64,000 bases of DNA, from the NCBI GenBank assembly GCA_051362555.1, contig CM120648.1, forward strand, positions 5,452,587-5,516,586, written 5' to 3'. Both the position numbers and the translations under genes were made by a program. Source of the DNA: Lingula anatina. Lineage: Eukaryota > Animalia > Brachiopoda. Shown piece by piece: positions 1 through 11,900 of the stretch. Under the pieces are notes generated by a model that saw only the letters and a list, made by a program, of their open reading frames with translations, was not told the origin of the DNA and ran no database searches. Position 1 is the stretch's first letter. Each line of letters opens with the position of its first letter.

Positions 1-567
1 GGATCCTGATCTTAATTAATAGAAATGCCATTTGATTAAGGTGACAGGGCGGGTGGGTCATTTCCTTGCCTGTCCAGTTCTGGCAGGCACTGGTGTTCTG
101 CCTTCATTGCCAAAATGGAGAAAAAAAAAGAGAATATTGATAACCTGACAACTATTGACCATCCAGTTTAGGGGACAGTTTTAGTGTATTTCGCTATATC
201 CAAAACTCTACTGTCTTTATTCCCTTGGCTGATAATTATGCATTGTCAGGGCCAGTGTGAGATTTGGGAGAAATGTCAGCCAGTCACTGCCTACTACCCA
301 GCAGTTTACCATGCATCTTCAGGGCCCAACGGCAGTGTCTGTATGGGTAGTTTCTGTATCCATCCCACACAAGCCTGTCAATATACTGCATACATCACTA
401 TACCTTTTCAGGGCTGTCAGTGATATTTAGAGCAAGAGTCCCTGAAAAATCATGTGTTGGTGCTTGTTCACTTCCTTATATGCCTCAGGGCCAGGTAGGG
501 TAGGACATAAATTAGGTATACTTCGCCCTAAGGAGAAAATGGGATGATTTGATATGATAGCGCGGAG

Positions 568-662
568 ATTGGGACATTTACACCACCACCACTGCTCTGT
601 GTCGATGATTGTTTCTCATTGGATAATGAAATTTGGAAATTGTAGATGCGTCTCATTGGATA
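568..662 (+). promoter_or_regulatory. cluster of three reverse CCAAT (NF-Y-like) boxes, candidate internal dvl promoter
   Basis: ATTGG at 568-572, 618-622, 655-659; the last two lie in a 12-nt direct repeat TCTCATTGGATA. Confidence 0.35.
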
Positions 663-3398
663 GTGTATTCCAAGTAGTGTGATGACAGAAGGTTCAGGAT
701 TCGGGAAGTAAACTGAGGTCTCCCGAGTTGTTCAGATCCCATAACAACAGCAGCTAATATTCAAGTTCAAGTCTAACCCAGGTTCATTTGTAATTTGTCA
801 AATCTTCCTGTGGTTGATTTTAATATCAGCTACAGCAGATAGCCTGGAGTTAACCCAGGATAGCAATAGTACTTTCTTTTATAATGGCCAAATCTTCCCA
901 TGGTGGATACAGAGCCAATATAGTATAAGGAAATGTTGACTTTTCTACAAAAAAGTGGAGGACCACCTGTCCAGTACTAGTGTTAAAGAAGACAGGATAC
1001 TGACAACAGCATAGGGGCCTTGGCACACAGTGGGACACTGACCATTAGGATACTGACCAAAGCTGGCCGTGGTCCATTTGTTATGTTAACTGTACTGTTT
1101 GGATTATGATGCTACATATAGAGATATACACAAGAGTGGTGAACTTTTAGTCAGTATATACTAAGTAGGGCTGGACAGTTTGCTCTGACATATACACAGG
1201 CCAATGACAAGATTGGACTAATAATATATAGTTCTCCATAGAGGAGAGGGATTTTGAAATATGTTGACAAAATTGGAGCTTAAAATAAGCTATGGGTGGA
1301 CTGCTGAAGTGACAGTGCTATGTATTCACTCTGAAGATGACTAAAAGCTCCTTGAGTTGCTGAACAAGGAAAAAAGGGTTTCAATGGACTTTTAAACAAC
1401 CAAAAGCCTGTGTGACTTTGGAAAAGAAATCAGTTTTGGGTTTGGACAAGTCGGTGTTAATTAGCAAGGGAAGTATTTTATATGGACATTGAGCCTTGAG
1501 TGCACTTAAAGAGAACTTTTTTTTCACCATCGGGGTATTAAAAGAGACAGTGTCCCCATTTATATGGACATGGAGCCTAGAAAGCACTTAAGAGAACTTT
1601 TTTCATAGAGCATATAAAAGAAGCAAAAGACAGTTACTTAAGTTACAGACTGCAAGGTTATTTGTGGCTGTTAAGTCGAAATTTTCACGAAACTTTTCGG
1701 CTAGTATTGATTAATTTAATTAGAAGAGCAGTTTGACTTGAGCAGACCATGGACCATGCAGATTTTGTTGTGGAAGGCACCTAAGCGGTCATTTAGTGCA
1801 TTCGGTTTTGTTTGCATGTTGCTGTGGATTTAGTGTTCTGATCGTAAAGAAATTATCATCTGAATATCTGACAGTGACCTTGGGTCGCTACCATAGCATT
1901 TCTGAGCAGAAACAGTGGGCAGTAACTTGCACTCATTAACTCCATTCTAATGGACTCTAGGACAAGAAGTAGATCCTGTCACGACTCTTCTTTTCTTAGA
2001 ACAACATTGGTCTGTCAGAAACTTGGTATTGATAACACTTATTTTCTGCACTGGTCAGTCTAACTCAGTGCAGTGGTCATCTGAAGTGTTTCTTTAAGAT
2101 CAGATCAGACGTGAGTGGTCAAGATTGGATTGGTCAAGCTGTCCACCCAGACTTCTGTAGGTGTGTTATGATTGTGTTTACATGACAGGAGGCAGGGATT
2201 ATAACACACATGGAAGGTGCTCCAAGCCAGGTACCCTCTTGGTTCTTGTGTTGAGTGTGTCCAGCTTCAGTGTCCAGTGCTTACCTACCACTGTATAGAG
2301 AACAAGAAGCATTTTGGATGGTTTCTACTTCAGAGGACTGAAACAACTTTACAGAGTTTGTAGTCAGGACACCTGACTGTAAAAGTAGAATCATTGTGGA
2401 TGTGTGAGGAAAAATGGGGTAAATTATACCTTAACTTGATTATTGTGGTTGATATTGATACGAGTTCCCAAGGAGATGATGTCACATGTTGCCTGTGAAA
2501 ATAGGACAGTTACTTTGTTAGTCAAATGTCAAAACCTATTCTAACAGTCGCATTATCGATGATAATAACATGTTCACTTTAAAACTAACATTTCCTTCCA
2601 AAAAAAAGTTGACAAAACACACTGAAAACAATGTGTAGCCGTTGGTGAGAAAATTCTTTGGATATATTTTTACAGATGCTAAAATCGACAAAATAATTCC
2701 TGGAGAAGGCTATACAATAATCCTTGAACTGGGAAATCAATATCAATCCCGCCTCTCAATTAATTAACTACTGAGTGGTGAGGGAGTAAATTGATCGTCT
2801 ATCTACCACCAAGGGAGAAGAAAAAGTCAGAAGACAGTTAGGCTTAAGAAGGAGATATTTTGACACCTTAAGTATGCGTGAAACTTGACACATCAATCTT
2901 GCGTAGACTGAATGGGAACTGGTGAAAAAATAAGCATCCCAAAGACTTGTCTCTCTCCTCTCAGCATGCAGGAGCCTTGTCGCTTGTAGATAGAGAGAGG
3001 GGAAAACTTTCAGGAAACTTTTCTCTCATCGAATTTGCTGGATAGTTTTACGATAAGGTGGATTTATAGAAAAAAGAAGTGAAAGTTTCAGCTGGGAAAA
3101 GGAACTTAAAAAACTGCATGCTGCTTTGTGTTTCAGATAGTTTTACACCAAGCTGGAGCAAGGAGAAAATATTTACAGAAGGTTGAGGGAAATTAAGGAC
3201 AATATTGGACTATTAGACTAAAAAAGGGGATCTGGAATATGTGAAGGGGACTAAAGGAATTTTTTAAAGCAATACATGGCGAATTTCTCGTTTTCTATAA
3301 GACTAGGATAAAACTGAAAGGAAAAGGACTTTGTATACAATTCCAGCTTTCATGTTTTGTTATATTTGACCCGTGAGCACATTTTGACCACCGCAGTC

Positions 3399-3524
3399 AT
3401 GCTGGACCGCAATTCGAGTGACCGTTCCTCTGACCGGCAGTCATGGGTCAAACGGTGGTTCCAGAGACGGAAACAGAAGGAGCTGGACAATGCCTCCATG
3501 GTGGTGACCATTAATTTACCCAGA
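3399..3524 (+). CDS. dvl: putative alternative first coding exon of dishevelled (DIX-less isoform)
   Basis: ATG 3399, 42 codons MLDRNSSDRSSDRQSWVKRWFQRRKQKELDNASMVVTINLPR, then a consensus donor AGA|GTAAGT at 3525 in phase 0, matching the phase-0 acceptor at 8887. Confidence 0.65.
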
Positions 3525-3753
3525 GTAAGTTCCCTATGGGGGTAGCCGGTGGTTTGCTGCAGCTGTGTTACTAGCACTGTGTAAACCATGCTTGTTCTTC
3601 TGGGGAAATTGAGTGTATTACTTCATGCAGATAACAATTTCCAAGTAATGTATATTTCTGCTTTGTTTCAGGAAATGACTTGAGAGGACTTGTAACAAAC
3701 ATTTCAATTTTTAATTTATTTTAGGACAGTGTAATATCTCTCTCTGTCTCTCT

Positions 3754-3788
<35 letters not shown>

Positions 3789-6278
3789 CACTACTGCTGC
3801 CTGCCAGTTTAAACCATATGCAGCACACGATGACAGTGACAGACTGGAAGTGTGAACCACATTAGTATCTCTGGTTGACACCTGAATAGAGAGGCCAGTC
3901 AGTGATATAACACCACCATGTTATGGTATATGGAGTGAAAGCAGGGATTAGCAACACTCTGATACCTCTGGCCTGTTACCAGCTATTTCAAAGGGGGAGG
4001 GGGGGGGGGAGTTTGTGAAAAAGGGGACCTTTTCACATGCACACATACACACAAATGCAGGCATGCACGCAGACACACTTATGCATGCGTGTGCATGCGT
4101 GCGCACGCGCACACGCACACACACACACACACACACACACCAAGTTGTGGCATACTACTCATGTTGGCACTTATATATCTTGTGACAGTGTATGCAGGTT
4201 GAATGTAGCTGAATTTTATTGTTAAATAATGTCACAGGGAGAAAATCAGGCAGCCATATAATGGTTAACTAAAGTACTAATTTTACTATTTTACTATTTT
4301 ACTGGTATACATCTAAAGGGGGAAAATAAATACTTATCCCTGTATGCTGCTTAATGCAATGTGAAATGAATTTGGTGAATTTTGACACCTCAACACACAG
4401 ACATCAGCAAATTCCATCTTTATCTGATAAAACCCCAGCAAGCTTTTTAGTCAGGTTTACTCTTTCACATCGTGAAAATTCCCCCTGTTAATACCAGAGG
4501 CTTGTACTTAACACCCCCAATGTCTATAGGTAGACCAAACTTTCTCTGTACATTTCTTTTCTGGTCAAGTCCATTATTACTTTCATCGGGTATAAAGACC
4601 AGTAAAATGCACCCCATTTTGATCCATTTTCATGTAGTTCATATTGAGAGACTGGGGGAAGAAACGCATGTAAAGTTGGGACGGTGTTTAATATGTGTGT
4701 TTATATTGAGGAACAGTGACAGTACCAGGGTGACAGATACCAGGTGTCTCCTGTCACCTTTATCAGGAAAGGAGCAACACCCAGTGCAGGGTTTGATGGC
4801 TCACCTGCCTGATCAGTGATTACTGTCTGATGTTACTGTTATTATGCATAGGAGAGTGTGCACCGTGATTAGACATGGTGGCAGACTAGTTTGGTTGGTC
4901 AAGACTGAATTGCTGCTTTTATCAAGAGGTGGACAGCCGATTTTAGCATTTGCTCAAGTTGATGGATTTAAAAGGAAGATACCAGCTACTTTTTACCTTA
5001 TGTCTTAGCAGACATGGATGAAAACAGTTGTGTCTTGTTGAACAAAGATGTGTTACTTATAGTTACTTGTGTTTAAGTTGTAAAAGGCTACATGAAAGTC
5101 TGTGAGAGTAATTATGAAGTAAAAGGTGATTTGTAGTGATTCCTGAACAGGTGGCATTATATTATTGGACCTGTTTACATGCAAAATTGCTTCCAGTTGA
5201 ACTAGATTTGTATGATATATGTAAATACAAGGACTCCCATATGTGTCAACATAATGTAAATACCACCTCACCAATACATTTATAATCTGCTGTGATTGCT
5301 ACAGAACAGCCAACAATGGCAGTCTTTCTCCTCTCAACCCCTTGGCCCCAGCGAGGATCATAGGGTTTTACCAGTGAAGTGTTTGCTAGCAACTCAAGTT
5401 AATTATGGAGTGTCCCTGCTGGGCGGTACAGGTGTCACTTTCTCCATTTGAAAAGGAGTTTGGCTTCACTGTGGACAGAATGGCTGTGTAGGCAAATACT
5501 AAATATTTATATGGCGGCTGAGGTTTACTTGGAGTATGGGGGAGTGAAATTGACATGAAATGAACGTGAAATTGAGTGGTGGCTCAAGGAGGCTTGAAAT
5601 CAGCGAGGTGGATTCAAATGAACAAAGTGAAATTTATTCAGTTGAAAGGGGACAATGACGTGAAAAAGGTGCCACAAACGCTGCTGAAGTAGAGGAATTA
5701 TTCGCAAACAAAAGCTGAAGTTGGTTGTAAGGCAATACTGATGATGATGCTATGGATTATGGTTGAAATGTACTCTTTTGGGATTTGATATATGTGTTTC
5801 TGTTAATATGAAGAGAAAACAAGGAGAAAGTTACTGAAGTGTGGGCAAACCTTCTTGGAAGACTTCAATTGGGCATAATATTGTTGCAGTTTGTTGGTTG
5901 ATACCAGAACACAATAGAAAGACACTGAAGTGCTGAAAGAAAGTGAAAATATTTTCATATTTGATAGGGAGTTTTCATGAAGAAGTGACAACTAGACAAA
6001 GGTTGTGAGATTTGTGTTGAGGTTGTCCAGGGGCCTGAAAAGGATTACCACTGACCTCTCACATATCCATGTGGTAATTGTGGTTACTCTTTTTCTTTTA
6101 TCCTTTCTCAAAATGTTGAAACACTTGAAAGAAAATCCCTCTGAAAGGAGGGATATTGAGAGAGTATTGGCACACACACGCACCTACGTGTATCAGTCTA
6201 CGAAACCAGTAAAGCAGCAACGAGAGCGAGCACCTGCGCATCATCAGCAATGTTTACATGAGGATCCTAAGCCCAGGT

Positions 6279-6735
6279 TTAAGGGAAGTGTGGGGTATAC
6301 CAATCCGGTAGGTGGACCATGTTTGGCAGGATTTTTAAAATTATTTCCTGACAGAGGTGGTATTTATGAGAATTTTGTAATTTTTTAAAAGTTTTTGCCT
6401 TGTTCCAATCATAGCCATAAATGATTATGGAACAATTTTGGATGTAGTATGGGTCAGGAAATAAAATGCCTAAAAGCGAAATAAAGAAATCTAGGTATAT
6501 TTTATCAAGGGAAAATGGCGATTTTGCCTAAGACTTGATGATATTGTTTCTGAGTCTGATGTTGAATACAGCTCAAAACATAGAAAAGCAACGGGCATTT
6601 TTTCCAAAAAACAAAAAAGGGGAATTTTTTTTTTCAATATTTTATCAAAAAATAGTATTTTCCCCAAGACATCTGATCCCATACCACCAATAGGAAACAC
6701 GGCATCCTTATCACATCCCATTCTCTTCCCCTATA
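6279..6735. mobile_element. degenerate MITE-like insertion
   Basis: Left end TAAGGGAAGTGTGGGGTA loosely matches the reverse complement of right end CATCCCATTCTCTTCCCCTATA; AT-rich interior. Confidence 0.3.
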
Positions 6736-8017
6736 ACAATAGGGGACATGCCTTCCGTGTAGACCCCGCAGCTCAGGTGGTTACTATCCCTGATGATAGC
6801 CGTGATAAAGTCACTTACACAACTTTACCAGCCTCAGCGTCCCTGGGCGATGTTTATCTTCCATTGCTACCTGCTGTGAATGACAGACTGAGAGATTTCA
6901 CAGACATCACTGTAGCCATAGGGTTGTTGTTGTCACAAGTGCCAGGGGGAGGGTGTTGCCTGATACTGTGGGCTCTCACGTAGGTTATAATGAATTGGGG
7001 AAATCTGGGCATTGCTTTCCTGTATGCCTGTTAGCTAGCAATTTTAGGGGAGGGGCGGGGGATGGGGGGTATTTTTGGGAAATTATTGTATTCCCCAAGT
7101 TGGCCCTGCTTTAGAAATGGAGTGAAATTTAGATAAAATTTTGATTCAGAGTTGAACTTTTCTTTCCAAAAGGGAGGGCAGTTCTTGGGGACTGCCAACC
7201 CTACCTTCCCTATGAGCTGATGAGTTTTGGACACTGGTAAAACACAAGGGTGAATTTGTGTAATTCAAAAATACTTTGCTAAATTTTCTCAAATTTTAAA
7301 AGCTTCCCCATGAATAGCAAATGTGTGTTTATATAAGTGGTTTGTACACACATTAAAAAATGAGATTAAAGAGGAAATGTAAGGATATATTTGCAAAAAT
7401 TCATAATTGACTGAACACATCTATGTTTCAGCTCTGTCTTTACCCTGGTTTGAAAGTCAAACATTTCACCTATAGTAAACGTCGTGTATGGCCCTGTATT
7501 AAAATGAAGAAATGAGATATCTTATTATGGTATTGATGTACAAACTGCCCCTCCTCTCTGGCCTCTTTGTCACCAGTGTTACAAGATGCCCTGTATGCCT
7601 TATAGGAATTCTGTTGAAATTTCCATTATGAGCATGTATTCATGAAAGGGTGCGTTCAGAACCAATTGATCCGTAGACTAAGTAGTCCCCAGATCTAATA
7701 TGGTGAAAGCATGCCAAGATAAAACTGCTCTCCCCCTGCTTGGGGCGATAGTGTCCAAGGTTGGAAGCTGTTGCCAAGCGCATGCCATATTCGTTCCATG
7801 GACTAGTTAGTCCATGGATCAACTGGTACTAAATAGGCCCAATGGCTCTTTAGTTCCTGTATACCTGAAGCCTTGTTTTTGTGTGACAGTGACACAGGTC
7901 AGCGACCAGTGTGTTATTACTGGCCAGGTATCCAGGGGCTAGTGGTTGACCAGTGTCATTGTTTAATTGCTTTACTATTCAAATTTCAGGTGAAATTTTA
8001 GGTTGCTGAATCATCTT

Positions 8018-8067
<50 letters not shown>

Positions 8068-8089
8068 CTTTTTTTTTCTCCAAGGTCAG

Positions 8090-8116
8090 AATGTCACATT
8101 GATCAACTTGCCAAGA
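8090..8116 (+). CDS. dvl: putative dishevelled microexon NVTLINLPR (27 nt, phase 0-0; alternative AAG acceptor would start it at 8085)
   Basis: Long T tract 8022-8078, CAG acceptor 8087-8089, donor AGA|GTTAGT at 8117; peptide ends INLPR like the 3399-3524 exon. Confidence 0.55.
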
Positions 8117-8886
8117 GTTAGTGGGTGTCCAGTGTCAATGTTTGTTTACATGGTCAAATTTCGGAAAGTGAAAATTTTGACAACTGAGTCATATTGGGAT
8201 TTTTATTTGATATCCGAACTTAAAAGAATCTGTTTATCATGATTTCAGCTTCTATGAAAGGGGCTGAAAAAAGAAATATCATAATATCATTTATTTACAA
8301 TAGAATAAATACTAAAATATATTTTTCTTTCCTAAATGTGTTTGTCATGTTTGTTATAGTAATTGATATCTTAAACAAGATGTCTTATATTTGTTGTTAT
8401 ATAGTAATGTTATCGTGGCATACTACATTTAAGGTCAGCTGTTAAATTCAATTGTCAGAATTTTTGTTCATTTTGTCAATTAAATTGTTTTATCTAATGC
8501 ATATCTGCTGTTTTGAATGCAATATTTCATTTAATGTCATTTACTCAATTTTCAGGATTCTTTCACACACAATAAACAATGACACAAACAAAAAATATCC
8601 ATCATCTCTACATACACATAGTCAAGTCCCAAGGGTTCCTATAAATATTTTATAAATATATTAATAAAATTAATATGTATAATATAAGTAGAACAAAAAC
8701 AATTAAAATAATTAAATGGGATTTTGTTTAATTCTAAAGACAGTTCATCTTAGCATAATTTTCCTTGTGTTACTTTTTGGCAAATTTATTATTCAGTTGA
8801 TCATTTTTGCATTATGTGGAGAATGCATTGCTTACATATGATGTCAACATATAGCATTAAAACTGTTTTATTACTTCATCTTGCAG

Positions 8887-8956
8887 GCTTCCTCCTTTAG
8901 CAGCATTACAGATTCCACTATGTCCCTAAATATCATTACAGTCACTCTAAACATGG
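8887..8956 (+). CDS. dvl: Dvl exon [23 protein letters not shown]
   Basis: ttgcag| acceptor, |gtaagt donor, conserved pre-PDZ peptide. Confidence 0.95.
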
Positions 8957-11900
8957 GTAAGTATAAATACTAGTACATGGGCTAGTACCAAAAGTATGTT
9001 TATGACCTCTACCATGGAGGTTATGTCTTTGCCTTTGTTGGTTTGTTAAATAATAGCCTAACTCAAAAAATAACTAATTGATTTTGATAAAATTTTAAGG
9101 GTAGGCCAGAAATGGGATGTGTTTGGATCATTTAGATTTTTCTGGTGATCCAGCAATACACTAACCGATTAAATAATTGATCCGTTAATAATGAGAACTG
9201 AGCTTCCTTGGCGGAGGTTTGCACTCCCTGAATGCCCATGTAGTTATTATTTATTGTTCTCCAACATTGCTATATCAGTGCCAGGCATTGGAAGCACTGG
9301 GACATGTTTTCCAGGCCTTTTTTGGACAATGAATATGTTTATACCTCAAGCTAATGTCTGGTTCAGCTTGTCGAAATCACTGTGTCTTATTTCCACCAGT
9401 CTGTGTATGATCATAAAACACTGGCAGATGTATTGTGAACGGGATGTTAGTGTCTGTGACCAAGTAATTAGTCATTGTTGATGGCAGTTTAATTGCCATT
9501 TACAGTTTTATGGTCCTATGAATATATTATGGACAATTGTTATTCAGCATGAAAAATGAGAATATTATTTTTGTGATTCTGTCTTCATTAAGCACTGGCA
9601 CATATGCAAGCAATCGTATCAAGATTTTTACTGTGAAAGAAAAATAAAGTGGACCAAGTAATGGCTGCCATATTTTGCCCATTTTGTTTCCATGTTTGTG
9701 ACCCAAGGATACAGAACGTGTAAAATCTTAAGTTTTGTTTTGTTACAAGATTAAAACCTAATAGGTAGACCACTTCTCTGTTTTCTAAACCAGATCATAA
9801 TAAGGCTAAACCTGTAGGTATGACATTTACCTGTGAGACTATGTAAATTTGTCAGTATTTCATAAAATCCTATTCTCTCTTTCAGACACTGTGAACTTCC
9901 TAGGTATCAGTATAGTAGGCCAGAGCAACAAGAGTGGAGATGGTGGGATATACGTAGGGTCCATTATGAAAGGGTACGTGAATCACAACAAAGGTGGACT
10001 TATCCTAAAACTTAAAAAAATGGAGAGTCTGGTTTGGCCCTAGACATATTTGAAATGTAGACCAAGAATTTCTGTCTTGAAGTTATTCCAAAAGTTGGCT
10101 TTTTGGTATGTGTGTGTTTGTGTGTGCGCACGTGTGTTTTTACTACAGATTTTTTACTACAAATTTAACCTGTGTCTCCCACTTTCAGAGGTGCGGTGGC
10201 CCAGGACGGCCGCATAGAACCAGGAGACATGATTCTGGAAGTGAATGGCATCAGCTTTGAGAACATGAGCAATGATGATGCCGTCAGGGTACTACGGGAA
10301 GCAGTGCAAAAACCAGGGTAAGGGCAAGGTCATGAGTGGCACACTTTGTTGAAGGTCAAGGTCATGTTAGGTTGCTAAATTTGAAAATATGATAATGTCA
10401 AGGTCGGGTTAAGAATGCCATGTTTGTCTTTGTTTTAAGGATTTCGAAGTTTTACTAAACCATGGTACAGAAAAGTTCAGTTTACTGTTTCAGACTTGGT
10501 TTAATCCCAGAAGTCCTTTTGTCTCTGTTGTGTTTTGAATTTTAGTATGTGGTCATCAGAATGTAAAAAGACAGATGTACATTTTCATTTCCACTGGTGA
10601 ATTGTTTCCGCAGAATTCAGTGAATCATTGTAATTACTTAGTTACATGAAAATATTGCTGCTGCTGCAGTTTCTTTTTGAAACATGATAACTCCTTATCT
10701 CTGTCTCTCTTACAGTCCAGTAACTCTAGTGGTCGCCAAATGTTGGGACCCCAATCCAAAAGGTTACTTCACAATCCCACGCCATGAGCCCGTGCGGCCA
10801 ATAGACCCGTCTGCATGGGTCGCGCACACGACAGCCATGGTGGGGAACTACGGAGGACCTGGCAGTACAAATATGAGCAGTATGACCTCTGGGAGTTCCT
10901 CTATAACAAGTTCTATACCAGACTCCGAATGTGAGTGGCTAGGAGATTGCTTTTATGCACAAACTGTGAAACATGTTTTATATCAGACATTGAATTTAAG
11001 TGGCCATTGCATCAGTACCAAACTCTGAAATTTGTTGTGCTGGTTATTGTTTACTCATTAATGAAAAACTTGGTAGATAATATTAAAGAATTACATTTAA
11101 AATAACAAAAATAAAGATGGAGATATTTCAAAGTAAATTTATTCACTGTTTTTATGTTGCACAGATTTTGACCGTCTAACAGTGACGACAGACATGGCGT
11201 CTGTGGTTCGTGCCATGGCCCAGCCGGACTCGGGACTAGAAGTACGAGACAGGTCGTGGCTAAAGATAACAATACCAAACGCATTTATAGGTAGGTATAT
11301 TTCAGTAAAATCGGGCATCAATGATTACTTAAAATGTGAGAATAAGCACAGTTCTGCATTATCATTTGCAGGGTTCTGATTAAGAGAAAACTGTACACCT
11401 CCATATTACTGGAAAGATTGCCCTTACATCAACCTATTTTCGATCTTTTAGATATATAAATTTTGGAGTCATTAAAATTAAATTATTATCTATGTGTCAT
11501 TTTAGGTGTTTTTACTGTTTAGAATAGAATGGGATACCCTGCTTTTCAATTTTGATTCTACCACTTCAAGAAGGTCTTCACTTTGATTTCAGGCTCAGAC
11601 TTAGTAGACTGGCTTCACCAGCATATAGAAGGTTTTGCTGACAGGAGGGACGCCAGGAAATATGCATGTAATTTATTAAAAGCTGGCTTCATCCGCCACA
11701 CGGTGAACAAGATCACCTTCTCTGAACAGTGCTATTATATATTTGGTGATCTCTCAGGAAGTGAGTAGACTCGTATACATATTTAGTCATTTATAATGAG
11801 ACATGAAGGATAAACGAGCAATATACACACACAGTTGCAAAGTTTAATTACAGCATACATTTGTGTTTGTTTATTTGTTCAGTTGAAAATTAAGATTGAA

